Positions 25,941 through 39,690 of a DNA stretch of 64,000 bases are shown here, one piece after another. The stretch is from Eledone cirrhosa (Eukaryota), in contig OZ024755.1 of NCBI GenBank assembly GCA_964016885.1, forward strand, positions 13,330,001-13,394,000, read 5' to 3'. The translations under genes and the position numbers were made by a program. Positions within the stretch are counted from its first letter, which is position 1. Each line of letters opens with the position of its first letter. The notes beneath the pieces were generated by a model, which saw only the letters and a program-made list of their open reading frames with translations, was not told the origin of the DNA and ran no database searches.

Positions 25941-28118
25941 GTCAAAATGGCCGGAGCTCAGCCGTCAGGGTCCTGAATCTACTCCAAGTATTGAGTACTC
26001 TGGTGCTTTATGGTCCACCTGGTATCTTACCACACCCTATTTGTTTATATATATATATATATATAAAGTTCTAATATTTTCCATTGTTAACTCATTCAAT
26101 ACCAACCTACGACAGACCACTCTTATTGCTATGATACAGAAAAATATAAAACAAGACAGCAACCTTATTCCACTTTTAAATATTCCTGTTTAAATTAAAA
26201 GATTCCACAATAATTTTACATAAGAACATCGTTAAATTATTCTCTAAACACCAGATTAATAATGAAAAAGAAAAAAGTAATGATTTTTTTTACTAAATCA
26301 TTTCAAATTATTGAGTAGTTTCAAAATTAATCAAAGCTCGTCAGCAGTTTATTTAATTAGGAATATTTTCTAAGCTGTAATCTACCAAGAGAACAATTTC
26401 AGTAACTGTGGTATAGCTATTTTTTATCTTGTCTTCTCATTGGCCATGCTGCAGCAGACTTCTATGTAGTAGTGCTGGTTGTGGTGGTTGTAGGGGTTGT
26501 GGTGGTGGTTGTGATGGTGGCGGTGGTGGTTGTAGTGGTGGTTGTGATGGTGGTTGTGATGGTAGTGATTATTGTGGTGGTGGTAGTGGTAATAAATGAA
26601 TTAGAAGGTAATGATATAATAGCTGTTAGAATATTTGGAAAGTCCCATGATAACTTCTACTCTGCACTTGATAGAATGTATGACCGTACATAAGTGAGAT
26701 GCACACCCCTCAGCCTGTCTGAGAGGTCAGTAGCCTCGCTTCAGTACTAACTTGGTCTATAAAGACCTATCCAACCCTTGCTAGAAAGGAAAGTGGATAT
26801 TAAATGATGATGATGATGATCTTTACATTCTGAGTTCAAATCTTATTGAAGTCATCCTTGCCCTTATCCTTTGAGGGTTCACAAAATGAAATATCAGTCA
26901 AGTACTAGGGTTGTGTTTATTGATTTTTACCCTTCCCCTAACTTTGTTGACCTACGGCATCACCATCATCTTTTTTTTTGTCCATTTTCCATGCTGGCAT
27001 GTCCTGGACAGGTCATTGTTCCCTAAGACAGATCTTATTTGGAGTTACTGCCATCTCAGATGGTTTGAAGGACTATGTCTTATTTGTACATTTGTTTCTG
27101 GCGTAGCTTTTACAGCTAGATGCCCTTCCTAACACCAACCACTTTACAGAGTGTACTGGGTGTATTTTATCATGGCATCGACATTAGAGAAGTTGTTATA
27201 TCATTGATAAGACTAAGGAGCCTTCTCTATGTTACATTGACTGTTTGGTTGCCAACCACTTTACAGAGTGTACTGGGTATATTTTATTATAGCACTAGCA
27301 CAGTTATCATGTCCTCAATAAGACTAAAAATACCTCTCTTTTTTTATTTGATTGTCAATCAGTTTATAGAATGTATTGTGTACATTTTATCAAAGCACTA
27401 TCACGGTTGCCATGTCCTAACCCAGACTAAAGAATCCTCTTTACCCTACATTAACTCCATTCAATAACCAACCACTTTATTGAGTGTATTGAGAGCATTT
27501 TATCATATTAACACTAGTGAGTTTGTCATGTCCTTGACAGGGCTTAAGAGAAGTTCTCTCTATCTCATGTTATTTTTTTTCTATTTGCTCACCAACCACT
27601 TACTTACTTTACAGAGAATACTATATCCATAGTTGAAATTTATGTTATTATTATTATTATTTGTCATATTCCCCATATGGGATAAGTGATTGTTTTCTAA
27701 TGTTTTTCTGTTTCCCCTTATTTCAAGACTGTTATCAATTTGTACGGTTTCATATAATGCTTTTTTTTTGTTTGGATTATCATTTCAACTCTATGCAAAG
27801 CAATCCTTTTCTACATGTGCCAAACATAACAATTCTGTAGTAACTTTCCCTCTCTCTCTTCACTCTCTCTACTTTTTATTCATCTGTTATTTAAACACCA
27901 CCTAAACTGACATTCAAAGCTGTTTCAACCTTCAATTTATAGCTATATCTTTCATTCTTTTATGTAATACAGTCAAACTATTAGTACACCCCCTGTCTCT
28001 CCTCCACCCCCAATCTTCAATGAGACTGTATCCCATTGATATTTTTACTCAATAATCTTTGTCATATTTGTTTTTTGCTTTTTTAAAATTTTTTATCTTA
28101 TAATCGAACTATGTTGTT

Positions 28119-28119
<1 letters not shown>

Positions 28120-28197
<78 letters not shown>

Positions 28198-28226
28198 ATA
28201 AATATATATATATATCTGTGTGTGTA

Positions 28227-28277
<51 letters not shown>

Positions 28278-28474
28278 ATATAAATATATATATATATCTG
28301 TGTGTGTATATATCTATATATATATGTGTGTGTGTGTGTATATATGTATATATATCTATATCTGTGTATGTATATATGTATATATATATATATCTGTGTG
28401 TGTATATATGTATATATATATATATCTGTGTGTGTATATATGTATATATATATGTGTGTGTGTGTGTATATATG

Positions 28475-28524
<50 letters not shown>

Positions 28525-28548
28525 TATATATATGTGTGTGTGTGTGTA

Positions 28549-28587
<39 letters not shown>

Positions 28588-28766
28588 ATATATGTATATA
28601 TATATATGTGTGTGTGTATATATGTATATGTGTGTGTGTATATGTGTGTGTATATATGTGTGTGTGTGTATATATATATATATATAAGGATATATATATA
28701 TATATGTGTGTATATATATATATATGTAAGTGTGTATATATATATATGTATGTGTATATATATATG

Positions 28767-28813
<47 letters not shown>

Positions 28814-28868
28814 ATATATATATATATGTGTGTATATATATATATATGAATGTATATATATATATATA

Positions 28869-28902
<34 letters not shown>
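28120..28902. repeat. compound (TA)n/(TG)n microsatellite
   Basis: direct inspection; a similar tract occupies 1-187. Confidence 0.97.
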
Positions 28903-29180
28903 GTATTAAGGGTACTATTTATGGTTATGTATGCAATAAAACCTTTGATGGTAATATATTATATATACACAAACCCTAAATAGTGAGAGATAGTCTTTAA
29001 TTACTATCCTATTACCAGTAAGTTAAATAGCTCAATGTAATAACATCAGTTGTTATACCAATATGCACATATGTTTTATGTGTCTCTTGGGTTGAAAAGG
29101 AGGTCAAGTATGTTATAAATAGCTGCTCCGAAGAATCCAAACCTCGGTTTGGAGGAAACAATTGTAAGCAAATAAATGAC

Positions 29181-29462
29181 TATATATATATATGTATGTG
29201 TGTATATATATATATATATGTATGTGTGTATATATATATATGTATGTGTGTATATATATATATATGTATGTGTGTATATATATATATATGTATGTATATA
29301 TATATATATATGTATGTGTGTATATATATGTATGTGTGTATATATATATGTATGTGTATATATATATATATATGTATGTGTGTATATATATATATATATA
29401 TGTATGTGTGTATATATATATATATGTATGTGTGTATATATATGTATGTGTGTATATATATA

Positions 29463-29507
<45 letters not shown>

Positions 29508-29820
29508 ATATATATATGTATGTGTGTATATATATATGTATGTGTGTATATATATATATATGTATGTGTGTATATATATATATATATGTATGTGTGTATA
29601 TATATATATATGTATGTGTGTATATATATATATATGTATGTGTATGTATGTGTATATATATATATGTATGTGTATATATATATATATATGTATGTGTGTA
29701 TATATATATATATATGTGTGTATATATATATATATATATGTATGTGTGTATATATATATATATATGTATGTGTGTATATATATATATATATGTGTGTATA
29801 TATATATATATGTATGTGTG

Positions 29821-29880
<60 letters not shown>

Positions 29881-30031
29881 TGTATGTGTGTATATATATA
29901 TATATATATGTATGTGTGTATATATATATATATGTATGTGTGTATATATATATATATGTATGTGTGTATATATATATATATGTATGTGTGTATATATATA
30001 TATATGTATGTGTGTATATATATATATATAT

Positions 30032-30111
<80 letters not shown>

Positions 30112-30116
30112 ATATA
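29181..30116. repeat. higher-order (TA)n-TGTATGTGTG microsatellite
   Basis: direct inspection. Confidence 0.97.
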
Positions 30117-30259
30117 TTTGTTAATATAGTTCTGCTGTTTTTTTGTAAATATATTAAAAATCAAAGCCGACCCCACTCTGTAGTTTTCCAATATGTTTCT
30201 CTTCTTTATATCAGACACCATTTCTTTCCATCAATTTTCCTAGTGTTTTACCTTAAGCA

Positions 30260-31354
30260 TTAACACCATTATCACTGCCAATGCCAAAATCATTATTAAT
30301 ACCACCAATACCATTGACACCACCAATGCTACTGACACCACCAACAGTCATGGACGACATCAACACTACCAATATCATTAATACCATCATCACTATCCCC
30401 ACCACCACCAACATCATCAACACCACCACTACTATCACTACCAATACCAACACCACCACCACTAATACCAACACTACCACCACCACCAATACCAACGTCA
30501 GCACTGCCATCACCAGCACCACCAATACCAACACCACCAACAATGCCTTCAACACCATCAGCATTATCAACACTGCCATCACCACCACCACCAATGCCAA
30601 CACCACCACCACCACCAATACCAACACCACCATCAATACCACCACCACCACCACCAATACCAACACTACCACCACCACCACCAACACTACTACCACCAAT
30701 ACAAACACTACCACCACTAGCACCAATACCAACACTACCACCACCAATACTACCACCACCACCACCACCACCACCAATACTACCACCACCACCAATACCA
30801 ACACTACCAACACTACCACCACCACCACCACCAATACCAACACCACCACCACCAACACTACTACCACCAATACCAACACTACCACCACTAGCACCAATAC
30901 CAACACTACCACCACCAATACTACCACCACCACCAATACTACCACCACCACCAACACTACCAACACTACCAACACTACCACCACCACCACCACCACCAAT
31001 ACTACCACCACCACCAATAGCAACACTACCACCACCAACACTACCAACACTACCACCACCACTACCACCACCAATACCAACACCATTGTCACCACAACAA
31101 GGACCAATGCTAACACCACCACTAATAACACTATCACCACCATCAATGCTTCCAACAATAACGACCAACACCAACATCCCCTCAACCACCATCAATACCA
31201 CCACCACAACTACAAACATCACCACTCTCACCTCCATCACCACCGCACCTCTAACAACCACAACACCTCCCACCACCACCTCCCACCACCAACAACAACT
31301 ACACCACCACCAACAACTACACCACTACCATCAACTTTACCACCACCACCATCA
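30260..31354. repeat. degenerate (ACC/ACT/AAT/AAC)n trinucleotide tract
   Basis: produces spurious poly-Thr/Pro/Val/Gly ORFs. Confidence 0.92.
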
Positions 31355-31454
31355 TGAACATAGTTTTGTAACTTCTCATACTTTTATACCAAACATACTT
31401 CACTCTCTCTCACTCACTCTCTCCATCTTTATCTCTCCATCCCATCTCTCTCTC

Positions 31455-31489
<35 letters not shown>

Positions 31490-31569
31490 CCATCACTATA
31501 TCTCTCACACCTTCTCTTTCTTCACTCTCTCGCTCTCTTGTTCTTTCTCACTTTCCTTCTATCTATACA

Positions 31570-32081
31570 AAACCGCCAGCCTCTTTCAAAATGAAAGAGA
31601 GGCGGTTTTCCTCTGTACGGTGGCTATGGTGAAAGAAGTTATATGGTAGACGAGGTTGAGAGGACTGAGGACAGATGCCTTTCTCTCCGGACAACAATTG
31701 ATTCCCTTCTTTAAGTATCACTTTAGAAGGAGAATCAGAGTGGAGAGAGAGAGGCACTGCACCCCAGTAAATTTACTGAAAGGTGGGTGAATGAAACGAA
31801 AATGGCCCGAGTGATTGGGCCTTCTCTGTTTATAAGCCTGTAGGTTAAAGAAGAGAGCAAAAAAGGAAGAAGGAAGCACTTGTACAACACACTCCTGGAG
31901 TTGAGGGTTGTTCTATCGACGTGGTATTAAACAACCCATTTGTGGCGCCTCCCCCCTATTGGGGATTTCGATTGTTGTAATTGCTTGTTTTTATATTTTT
32001 TGCACGACTGTATGTAAAATCCCCGGCATGTCTTTGTATTGTCCCCTTTTCTTGTGCACCCTTGTGGCTAATAAAGAAATA
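31570..32081 (+). mobile_element. Tx1/L1-like LINE 3' fragment with 10-bp TSD
   Basis: decayed frame AVFLCTVAMVKEVIW*TR...FFKYHFRRRIRVERE...KFTERWV; ends aataaagaaa; TATCTATACA duplicated at 31560-31569 and 32082-32091; lies between (TC)n tracts. Confidence 0.65.
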
Positions 32082-32238
32082 TATCTATACACAGTTTATA
32101 TTTCTTCTCATTACTCTCTGTCAGCCTCTCTCCACCTCTTTCTTCCTCTGTTTCTGTCTCTCTCTCTCTTCTTTCACTTCACTGTCTGTATCTCCCTGTG
32201 TCTATCTGTAGAAATCACTTTTATTCCTCATATATCTA

Positions 32239-32319
<81 letters not shown>

Positions 32320-32537
32320 TCTCTCTCTATATATATATATAAAATAAAGGAATTGTGGTAAGGAACCAGATGGGCCATAACGCACCCACCAGAGTACTCA
32401 ATACTTAGGGTAGTACAGTGGAAAATAGGAAAAAGTATGACCCCGACGGCAGAGCTCAAGCCGTTTCGATGGCTATTTCTGGACTCAAATAGCCGTCGAA
32501 ACGGCTTGAGCTCTGCTGTCGGAGTCATACTTTTTCC

Positions 32538-32575
<38 letters not shown>

Positions 32576-32587
32576 TATTACATATAG

Positions 32588-32970
32588 ACTCACTCAGATG
32601 GTGGATGGGTGCTACACGAGAATGCTGAGGATGGCTCTGAACATTAATCAGTATACACTGAGGATGAAAAACTCAGAGCTGTATGGGAGCATCCCAAAAG
32701 TCAGCTCAAAAGTGACACAGAGAAGACTGAGGTTGGCTGGACATGCTCACCGACATCCAGAGTTGACATTGCACTCAGTGCTCCTTTGGGAGCCCCTACA
32801 TGGACACACTAGAAGAGGAAGACCAAGGTTAACATATGTTGATGCCCTAAGGACAGACACTGGTCTGTTGGAGATGCAGGATATGGCAGCGATAATGAGG
32901 GACAGAGACCGCTGGAGAGAGCTCGTCCATGGATCTCGGGAATTTTACCCGCCTTAGATAGATAGATAGA
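32588..32970 (+). mobile_element. second copy of the 22475-23119 LINE family, more truncated
   Basis: nearly identical to 22750-23119; (TAGA)n tail overlaps the stop codon. Confidence 0.9.
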
Positions 32971-34102
32971 TTACATATACAATCCCTCTCTACAGTATGT
33001 AGAAATCACTTCCTCTCCTCCCATCTTCCATTCAACTTTCTTTCAATCTCTCTCTACACCGGCTCTCCCTCTCCTATCTTTCCTTCCCCTCTCTCTATAT
33101 ATAGTTTCTCTCTACTCTTCCATCTTCTTTCAAACTCTCTCTATACCATCTCTCTCTCGCCTATCTTTCCTCTCCCCCCTCTCTCTATACCATCTCTCTC
33201 TCGCCTATCTTTCCTCTCCCCCCTCTCTCTATATAGTCTCTCTCTTCCCTCTCATCTTCCATTCCTCACCTTTCTTTCAATCATTTCCTCTCTACATATT
33301 AATGATACAACTGGTTTTTCTGGAATCTCCATTACAGACCAGCTAAAATCACTTCTTTTTTCTATCTAAGCTGTTAAACATTTGCTTCTCTCAAACCATT
33401 TGTTCTTGTATTGTTTTAGTTATGTTGTTGTTGTTATTGTTGGTAGTTATGGTGTTGCTGTTGTTTGTATTTCTATTGCTCTTGTTGTCATTGCTGTTAT
33501 TGTTGCTGTTGAGGTTGTTGTTGTTGGTAGTGATGGCATTGCTGCTGTTACTGTTGATGGTATTAAAGTTGTTGCTATTATTGCTGTTGTTGGTTTTGTT
33601 TTATTGCTGTTGCTGTTGTTGGTATTGTTTTTATTGACATTGTTGTTACTGTTGTTGGTATTGTTTTTATTGACATTGTTGTTACTGTTGTTATTATTGA
33701 TGTTGCTGCTGATACTGTTGTTGCTGGTGGTGTCAGTATTGTTGCTGTTGTTAGTATTGTTTTTATTGATACTGCTGTTGTTGTTGTTTCATTTAGTATT
33801 GTTGGTTTTCTTCCATTAATAGCCAGTTCTTGGTTATCTAATTGAACTGAATTCAGCATTCCCTGCTTTGAGATCAGATCATTCTAGGTTTCATGAGGCC
33901 TTTCATCTGTGATGGTGGTGGGGACAACTAAAAAGGTACCAGTAATATACTGGTGTTCTTAGTTGAAAAAGCATTACCTTTTTACAGAATGTAGTAATAG
34001 TAGTAAAGTAATAAATGATTTTATATATATATATTATTCAAGAGCGGGTAATTGAAAAACACATGCACCACTACAAATATATATATGTATATATATATAT
34101 AT

Positions 34103-34432
34103 ATCATCATTTTACGTCCGCTTTTCCCTGCTTGCAAGGGTGGGATGGGAACTGATTCTGGGTTGATTTCTACAGCTGGATGCCCTTCCTAACACCACCC
34201 TCATTTACAGTGAGTGCTGGGTGCTTTTTTGCCGTGGCACCTCCACGACCACTTTGCAGTGGAATGATAGGGACCCCAGTCCCTATCATCTCATTTCTAC
34301 AGCTGAGTAAACTGGAGCAATGTGAAATAAAGTGTCTTGCTGAAGGAAACAACACATCACCCGGTCTGAGAATTGAACTCACAATCTTTCGATTGCAAGG
34401 CCAATGCTCTAACCACTAAGCCATGTGCCTCC
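34103..34432 (-). mobile_element. tRNA-head, CORE-like body, RTE-tail SINE
   Basis: minus strand A box TGGCTTAGTGG, B box GTTCAATTC, a tccttxagcaagacactt CORE-like motif, RTE 3' tail and (ATG)n. Confidence 0.85.
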
Positions 34433-35453
34433 ATGTACTGGATGTATTTCATCATGTTATCAGCACTATCATTTTACAGAGTGTACTGGGTGCATTTTTT
34501 CATAGCACCAGCTTTAACATCTTGCAGACTGTACTGGAGGCATTTTATCATAGCACCAGTGTGCTACACCTTTGCAGAGAGTACTGGGTGTATTTCATCA
34601 TGGCACTAGCACTACCACTTTACAGACTGCACTGGGTGTATTTCCTCAAGGTACCAGCACTCCCACTTTACAGACTATGCTGGATGTATTTCATCAAGGT
34701 ACCAGCACTACCACTTTACAGACTATGCTGGATGTATTTCATCAAGGTACCAGCACTACCACTTTACAGACTATGCTGGATGTATTTCATCAAGGTACCA
34801 GCACTCCCACTTTACAGACTGTACTGGGTGTATTTCATCAAGGTACCAGCACTCCCACTTTACAGACTGTACTGGGTGTATTTCATCAAGGTACCAGCAC
34901 TCCCACTTTACAGACTGTACTGGGTGTATTTCATCAAGGTACCAGCACTCCCACTTTACAGACTGTACTGGGTGTATTTCATCAAGGTACCAGCACTCCC
35001 ACTTTACAGACTGTACTGGGTGTATTTCATCAAGGTACCAGCACTCCCACTTTACAGACTGTACTGGGTGTATTTCATCAAGGTACCAGCACTACCACTT
35101 TACAGACTGTACTGGGTGTATTTCATCAAGGTACCAGCACTCCCACTTTACAGAGTCTATTGGGTGTATTTCATCAAGGTACCAGCACTCCCACTTTACA
35201 GACTGTACTGGATGTATTTCATCAAGGTACCAGCACTACCACTTTACAGACTGTACTGGATGTATTTCATCAAGGTACCAGCACTCCCACTTTACAGACT
35301 GTACTGGGTGTATTTCATCAAGGTACCAGCACTCCCACTTTACAGACTGTACTGGATGTATTTCATCAAGGTACCAGCACTCCCACTTTACAGAGTCTAT
35401 TGGGTGTATTTCATCAAGGTACCAGCACTCCCACTTTACAGAGTCTATTGGGT
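34433..35453. repeat. 48-bp minisatellite, about 21 units, homogeneous from about 34600
   Basis: unit gtactgggtgtatttcatcaaggtaccagcactcccactttacagact; gives a 16-aa period in the ORF track. Confidence 0.95.
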
Positions 35454-35864
35454 GATGTGAAAAATGCACTTTTCTTTTTGCAATATCTCTGAGTGGAATG
35501 TTAGAATTGGTTATGTTGGCCTTTGGGAGGTTAATATTTGTATGTTTAAAGTGCAATGGTAGAGTATAAAGAACAGTATGGTAATGTGGGTGGGGTGGGG
35601 GTGAAACGTATATGATTTATAGGTTTGTTTTTATTGCTGTTTTCAGTATTGATGAAGATAGGTGTGAGAAGCAAGGGATATTGAAGTTGACATTATTTCA
35701 AACATATTTGTATCTAGTGGTGCTAATATATGGCTATTTTGGTAAGTGTTTGATTAGTCAAGTATTGTACATACAAATGTTTAGTGATAAGTTGTATTAA
35801 CAAATGAAGTAGAGTATATTTATATCCATACACACATACATATGTACACACACACACACGTGTA

Positions 35865-35917
<53 letters not shown>

Positions 35918-36701
35918 GGTGTGTCATGTTAAGTTACTGATGGTTCATCAGTGTAGGTTTCATCGTTTGTGTCATCATTAGTTTTTGGTAGCCATAATAT
36001 GCACAATATTATATATATATATATATTGACATAACCATTGAATATTGTTTAACACTTTAATATATATATATACCCAGGGAGTGTAACACGGAGTTACTGA
36101 GTTCGAATCCCGCCGAGATTAACTTTGCCTTTCATCCTTACGGGGTCGATAAAATAAAGTACCAGTAGTGAATTGGGTAATTGCTGGCCTTGTGCCAAAA
36201 GTAGAAACAATTATTATTAGGGCAGTGGATTGGCACTATTGTTAGTGTTAGATATGCTTTGCAGCATAGAGTTATGGCCTTTTACGTTCTGCGTTCTAAT
36301 TCTGTCAAGGTCAACTTTGCCTTTCATCCTTTCAAGGTTGGTAAAAAAAGTACCAGTCTAGTACTGGGGTAGATTCTTCCTCTATAGCTCTTTCTGATTT
36401 CCTCTCCCTCATTTTATGTCTTTCTCTGGAAGAAGTCTGCTGTACTCAGGCCTGGAGAGGGGTGGGCTGTACTCAGGCCTGGAGAGGGATGGGCTGTACT
36501 CAGGCCTGGAGAGGGGTGGGCTCTGCCAGGCGTAAAATGCCCAAGAAATGCTGTATGTCAATACGGCGCCCCTATGTCTCTATCAGGAGTTACAGGAACA
36601 TATATATATTTATATACACACACACACACACACATATATATTTATATGTATATTTCTTTGCCCACCAATAAACTCAGGAATCTACATATATATATATATA
36701 T

Positions 36702-37160
36702 AATGGAAGCTGCGGAGTGGGGAGACCCAAGAAGACCTGGGATGAGGTGATAGGGGCCGACCTTACCCAGTTGCACCTCTCAAAGGTGATGACACATGAC
36801 CGTGACCTCTGGCGTCATGCAGTAATACAGAGTACCCGACCTCCCATGGGTACAAGCTGAAGCATATAGACAATATGCCCCCACATCCTCCCACTGCAAA
36901 GTGGTAGTGGAGGTGCCACGGCAAAAAAGCACCCAGCCCACACTGTAAAGTGGGCATGTAGGCGCCACGGAAAAAAGCACCCAGCACTCACTGTAAATGA
37001 GGTTGGTGTTAGGAAGGGCATCCAGCTGTAGAAACCAAGCCAAAATCAGTTCCTGTATGAGCAAGGCATGGTCAGCCAACCAGACACTGCCCACAACAGG
37101 ACAACCCGTCTAACCCATGCTAGCATGGAAGAACGGACGTAAAACGGTGATGATGATGAT
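36702..37160 (+). mobile_element. RTE LINE 3' fragment
   Basis: NGSCGVGRPKKTWDEVIGADLTQLHLSK..DRDLWR plus 3'UTR and (GAT)n, inside a TA tract. Confidence 0.9.
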
Positions 37161-37180
37161 ATATATATATATATATATAT

Positions 37181-37528
37181 ATCATCATCATCATCATCAT
37201 TTCATTTTACGTCCGCTTTTCCCTGCTTGCAAGGGTGGGACGGGAACTGATTCTGGCTTGATTTCTACAGCTGGATGCCCTTCCTAACACCAACCTCATT
37301 TACAGTGAGTGCTGGGTGTTTTTTTGCCGTGGCACCTGCACGACCACTTTACAGTGGAATGTTAGGGACCACAGTCCCTATCATCTCATTTCTACAGCTG
37401 AGTAAACTGGAGCAATGTGAAATAAAGTGTCTTGCTCAAGGAAACAACACATCACCCGGTCTGAGAATTGAACTCACAACCTTTCGATTGCAAGGCCAAT
37501 GTTCTAACCACTAAGCCATGTGCCTTCA
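37181..37528 (-). mobile_element. tRNA/CORE-like/RTE-tail SINE copy
   Basis: highly similar to 34103-34432; TA tracts on both sides. Confidence 0.87.
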
Positions 37529-37827
37529 TATATATATATATATAAATACATACACACTATGTCTACTAAATATTTTAATGACTGAAAATGTTAGATTTCT
37601 AGAACAGCAAGTCATCATAAATCTTTATATTATGAACCAAATGACAGCAAAATTGGTAAATTCTTTATAGTCTACAATTTTAGGATATATTGTATGTTGT
37701 AGGAACAAATATTTCTAGAATACTAAATATGAACATTGTTTCTTGGTGTAATAAGTTCAGTGTCAAGTTTACTCTTAAATAACCTCTACAAAATTCAAGG
37801 AGAAAAAAAATACGAATATCATTACAT

Positions 37828-38315
37828 GTTGTAAAGTGGTAGTTCTAGTGACACAATAAAATGCACCCTGTACACTCTGTAAAGTGGTAGTGCTGGTCCC
37901 ATGATAAAATGATCCAATTACACTCTATAAAGTGGTAGTGCTGCTGTCATGATGAAATGCATTATGTACACTCTGTAAAGTAATGATGAGGGTGACACAA
38001 TAAAATGCACCCTGTACACTCTATAAAGTGGTAGTGTTGGTGCCATGATAAAATGTATCCAGTACATTCTGTAAAATGTTAAAGCTGGTGCCATGATAAA
38101 ATGCATCCTGTACACTCTGTAAAGTGGTAGTGCTTGTGACATGATAAAATGTACCCATTACACATTGTTAATTGCTTGTTCCATGATAAAATGTACTCTG
38201 TACACTCTGTAAAATGCTACTGCTTGTGGCATGAGAAAGTTCATCCATTACACTCTGTAAAGTGGTAATGTTGATGCCATGGTAAAATGCACCTAGCCCA
38301 CTCTGTAAAGTGGTT
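37828..38315. repeat. degenerate 48-bp array, reverse complement of the 34433-35453 unit
   Basis: gtaaagtggtagtgctggtgccatgataaaatgcaccc.gtacactct repeated about 10 times; similar array at 48620-48910. Confidence 0.85.
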
Positions 38316-38971
38316 GGCATTAGGAAGAGCATCTTGATGTGAGCATGGAATGACATGACCATACAGGCTTTCTCGTCTCAGGCTATGATAGCTTGTCTAA
38401 CAGATACAAACATAGCATAAGATGATAATGATACATATACCCACAGAATATATAAGCTTATACTCTTATATGGACAACCTATTATTTTATCAGCATGTCA
38501 GTCACCTAAGGCACGCCCTTGATGAAATGGCTAGTCCACTGCAAGTCTGTTTGAACAGTCTGGAACTAGCTGACCAAAATACTCTCATGGAATGACTAAA
38601 TGTGGTTTCTTTTTCAAGATAGTCCCTGAAGAGAAACAATGCGGTTATTAAGAAGAAGATTTGGAATCAGTGCATGCAAGATTTCACAGCACTAGCATCA
38701 CTCCTTCATAGTTAGTCTAGTCTTGTATATATATATATACAGATAGACTGACACCTTCATGCACTGACTCACATTCATGTATATATGTATACTACACAAA
38801 AATGTGTGGGAGGAAGAATATAAGAAGGAAAGCAGGAAGCCAACAGTATGCTCTTTCTTTAAAATTTCCAGAAAATTCCAGCTAAATTCTGAAAATTCAG
38901 AAAATTCTGCTAATGGTTTGATATTGCCTTGCAGTGGAAATACCATGTAGAATATATATATATATATATAA

Positions 38972-39025
<54 letters not shown>

Positions 39026-39311
39026 AGTATATATAAAAGGTAAAATGGACATTAAATGATGATGTATGTATATATATATATATATATATATAATAAAATG
39101 TTAGTCTCGTAAAAGAGGATAGAAAGAAGAGGTAAAAAGAGGTGCGATACAGAGTATTACATGCCAAAAGCGGGTGTGTCAGTGGTCGATGCTTGGGTTA
39201 TCAGGGTTAAATATTAGTGAAAATTAATATTTAGTGTACAGGATTAAGCGGTGATAGGCAAAATAATTAATGAAAGAGTTAGAAGCCGTTATAAAAAAAT
39301 ATATATATAAA

Positions 39312-39690
39312 TCATCATCATCATCATCATCATTTCATTTTATGCCTGCTTTTTCCCTGTTTGCAAGGGTGGGACGGGAACTGATTCTGGTTTGATTTCT
39401 ACAGCTGGATGCCCTTCCTAACACCAACCTCATTTACAGTGAGTGGTGGGGGCTTTTTTTCCGTGGTGCCTACAAGTCCACTTTACAGTGTGGGCTGGGG
39501 GCTTTTTTGCCGTGGCACCTCCACGACCACTGGGGTCCCTATCATTCCACTGCAAAAGTGGTCATTTCTACAGCTGAGTAAAATGGAGCAATGTGAAATA
39601 AAGTGTCTTGCTGAAGGAAACAACACATCACCCGGTCTGAGAATTGAACTCACAACCTTTTGATTGCAATGCTCTAACCACTAAGCTATG
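39312..39690 (-). mobile_element. tRNA/CORE-like/RTE-tail SINE copy
   Basis: same family, with an extra 3'UTR subrepeat. Confidence 0.85.

Noticed and set aside
28111-30263. Multiple 150-380-aa YIYI/CVCV ORFs (also 9-226 and 61201-61734)
   Set aside because: Dinucleotide repeats lack stop codons; open in several frames and on both strands.
30253-31649. Mucin-, extensin- or Gly-rich-like ORFs
   Set aside because: Trinucleotide repeat open in several frames inside an intron, with no signal peptide or splice support.
34360-34432. tRNA-like sequences with A/B boxes (also near 2585-2645, 24060-24255, 37455-37528 and 51285-51355)
   Set aside because: SINE heads lacking a complete acceptor stem and continuing into the SINE body.
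34423-35492. 345-aa and 306-aa periodic ORFs; possible CRISPR-like array
   Set aside because: Pure 48-bp tandem repeat with no unique spacers, derived from a LINE 3'UTR; eukaryotic context and no cas genes.
35913-36000. ctgatg/catcag palindrome and partial TGATGA...GAAA boxes between TA tracts
   Set aside because: Cannot be folded into a complete hammerhead.
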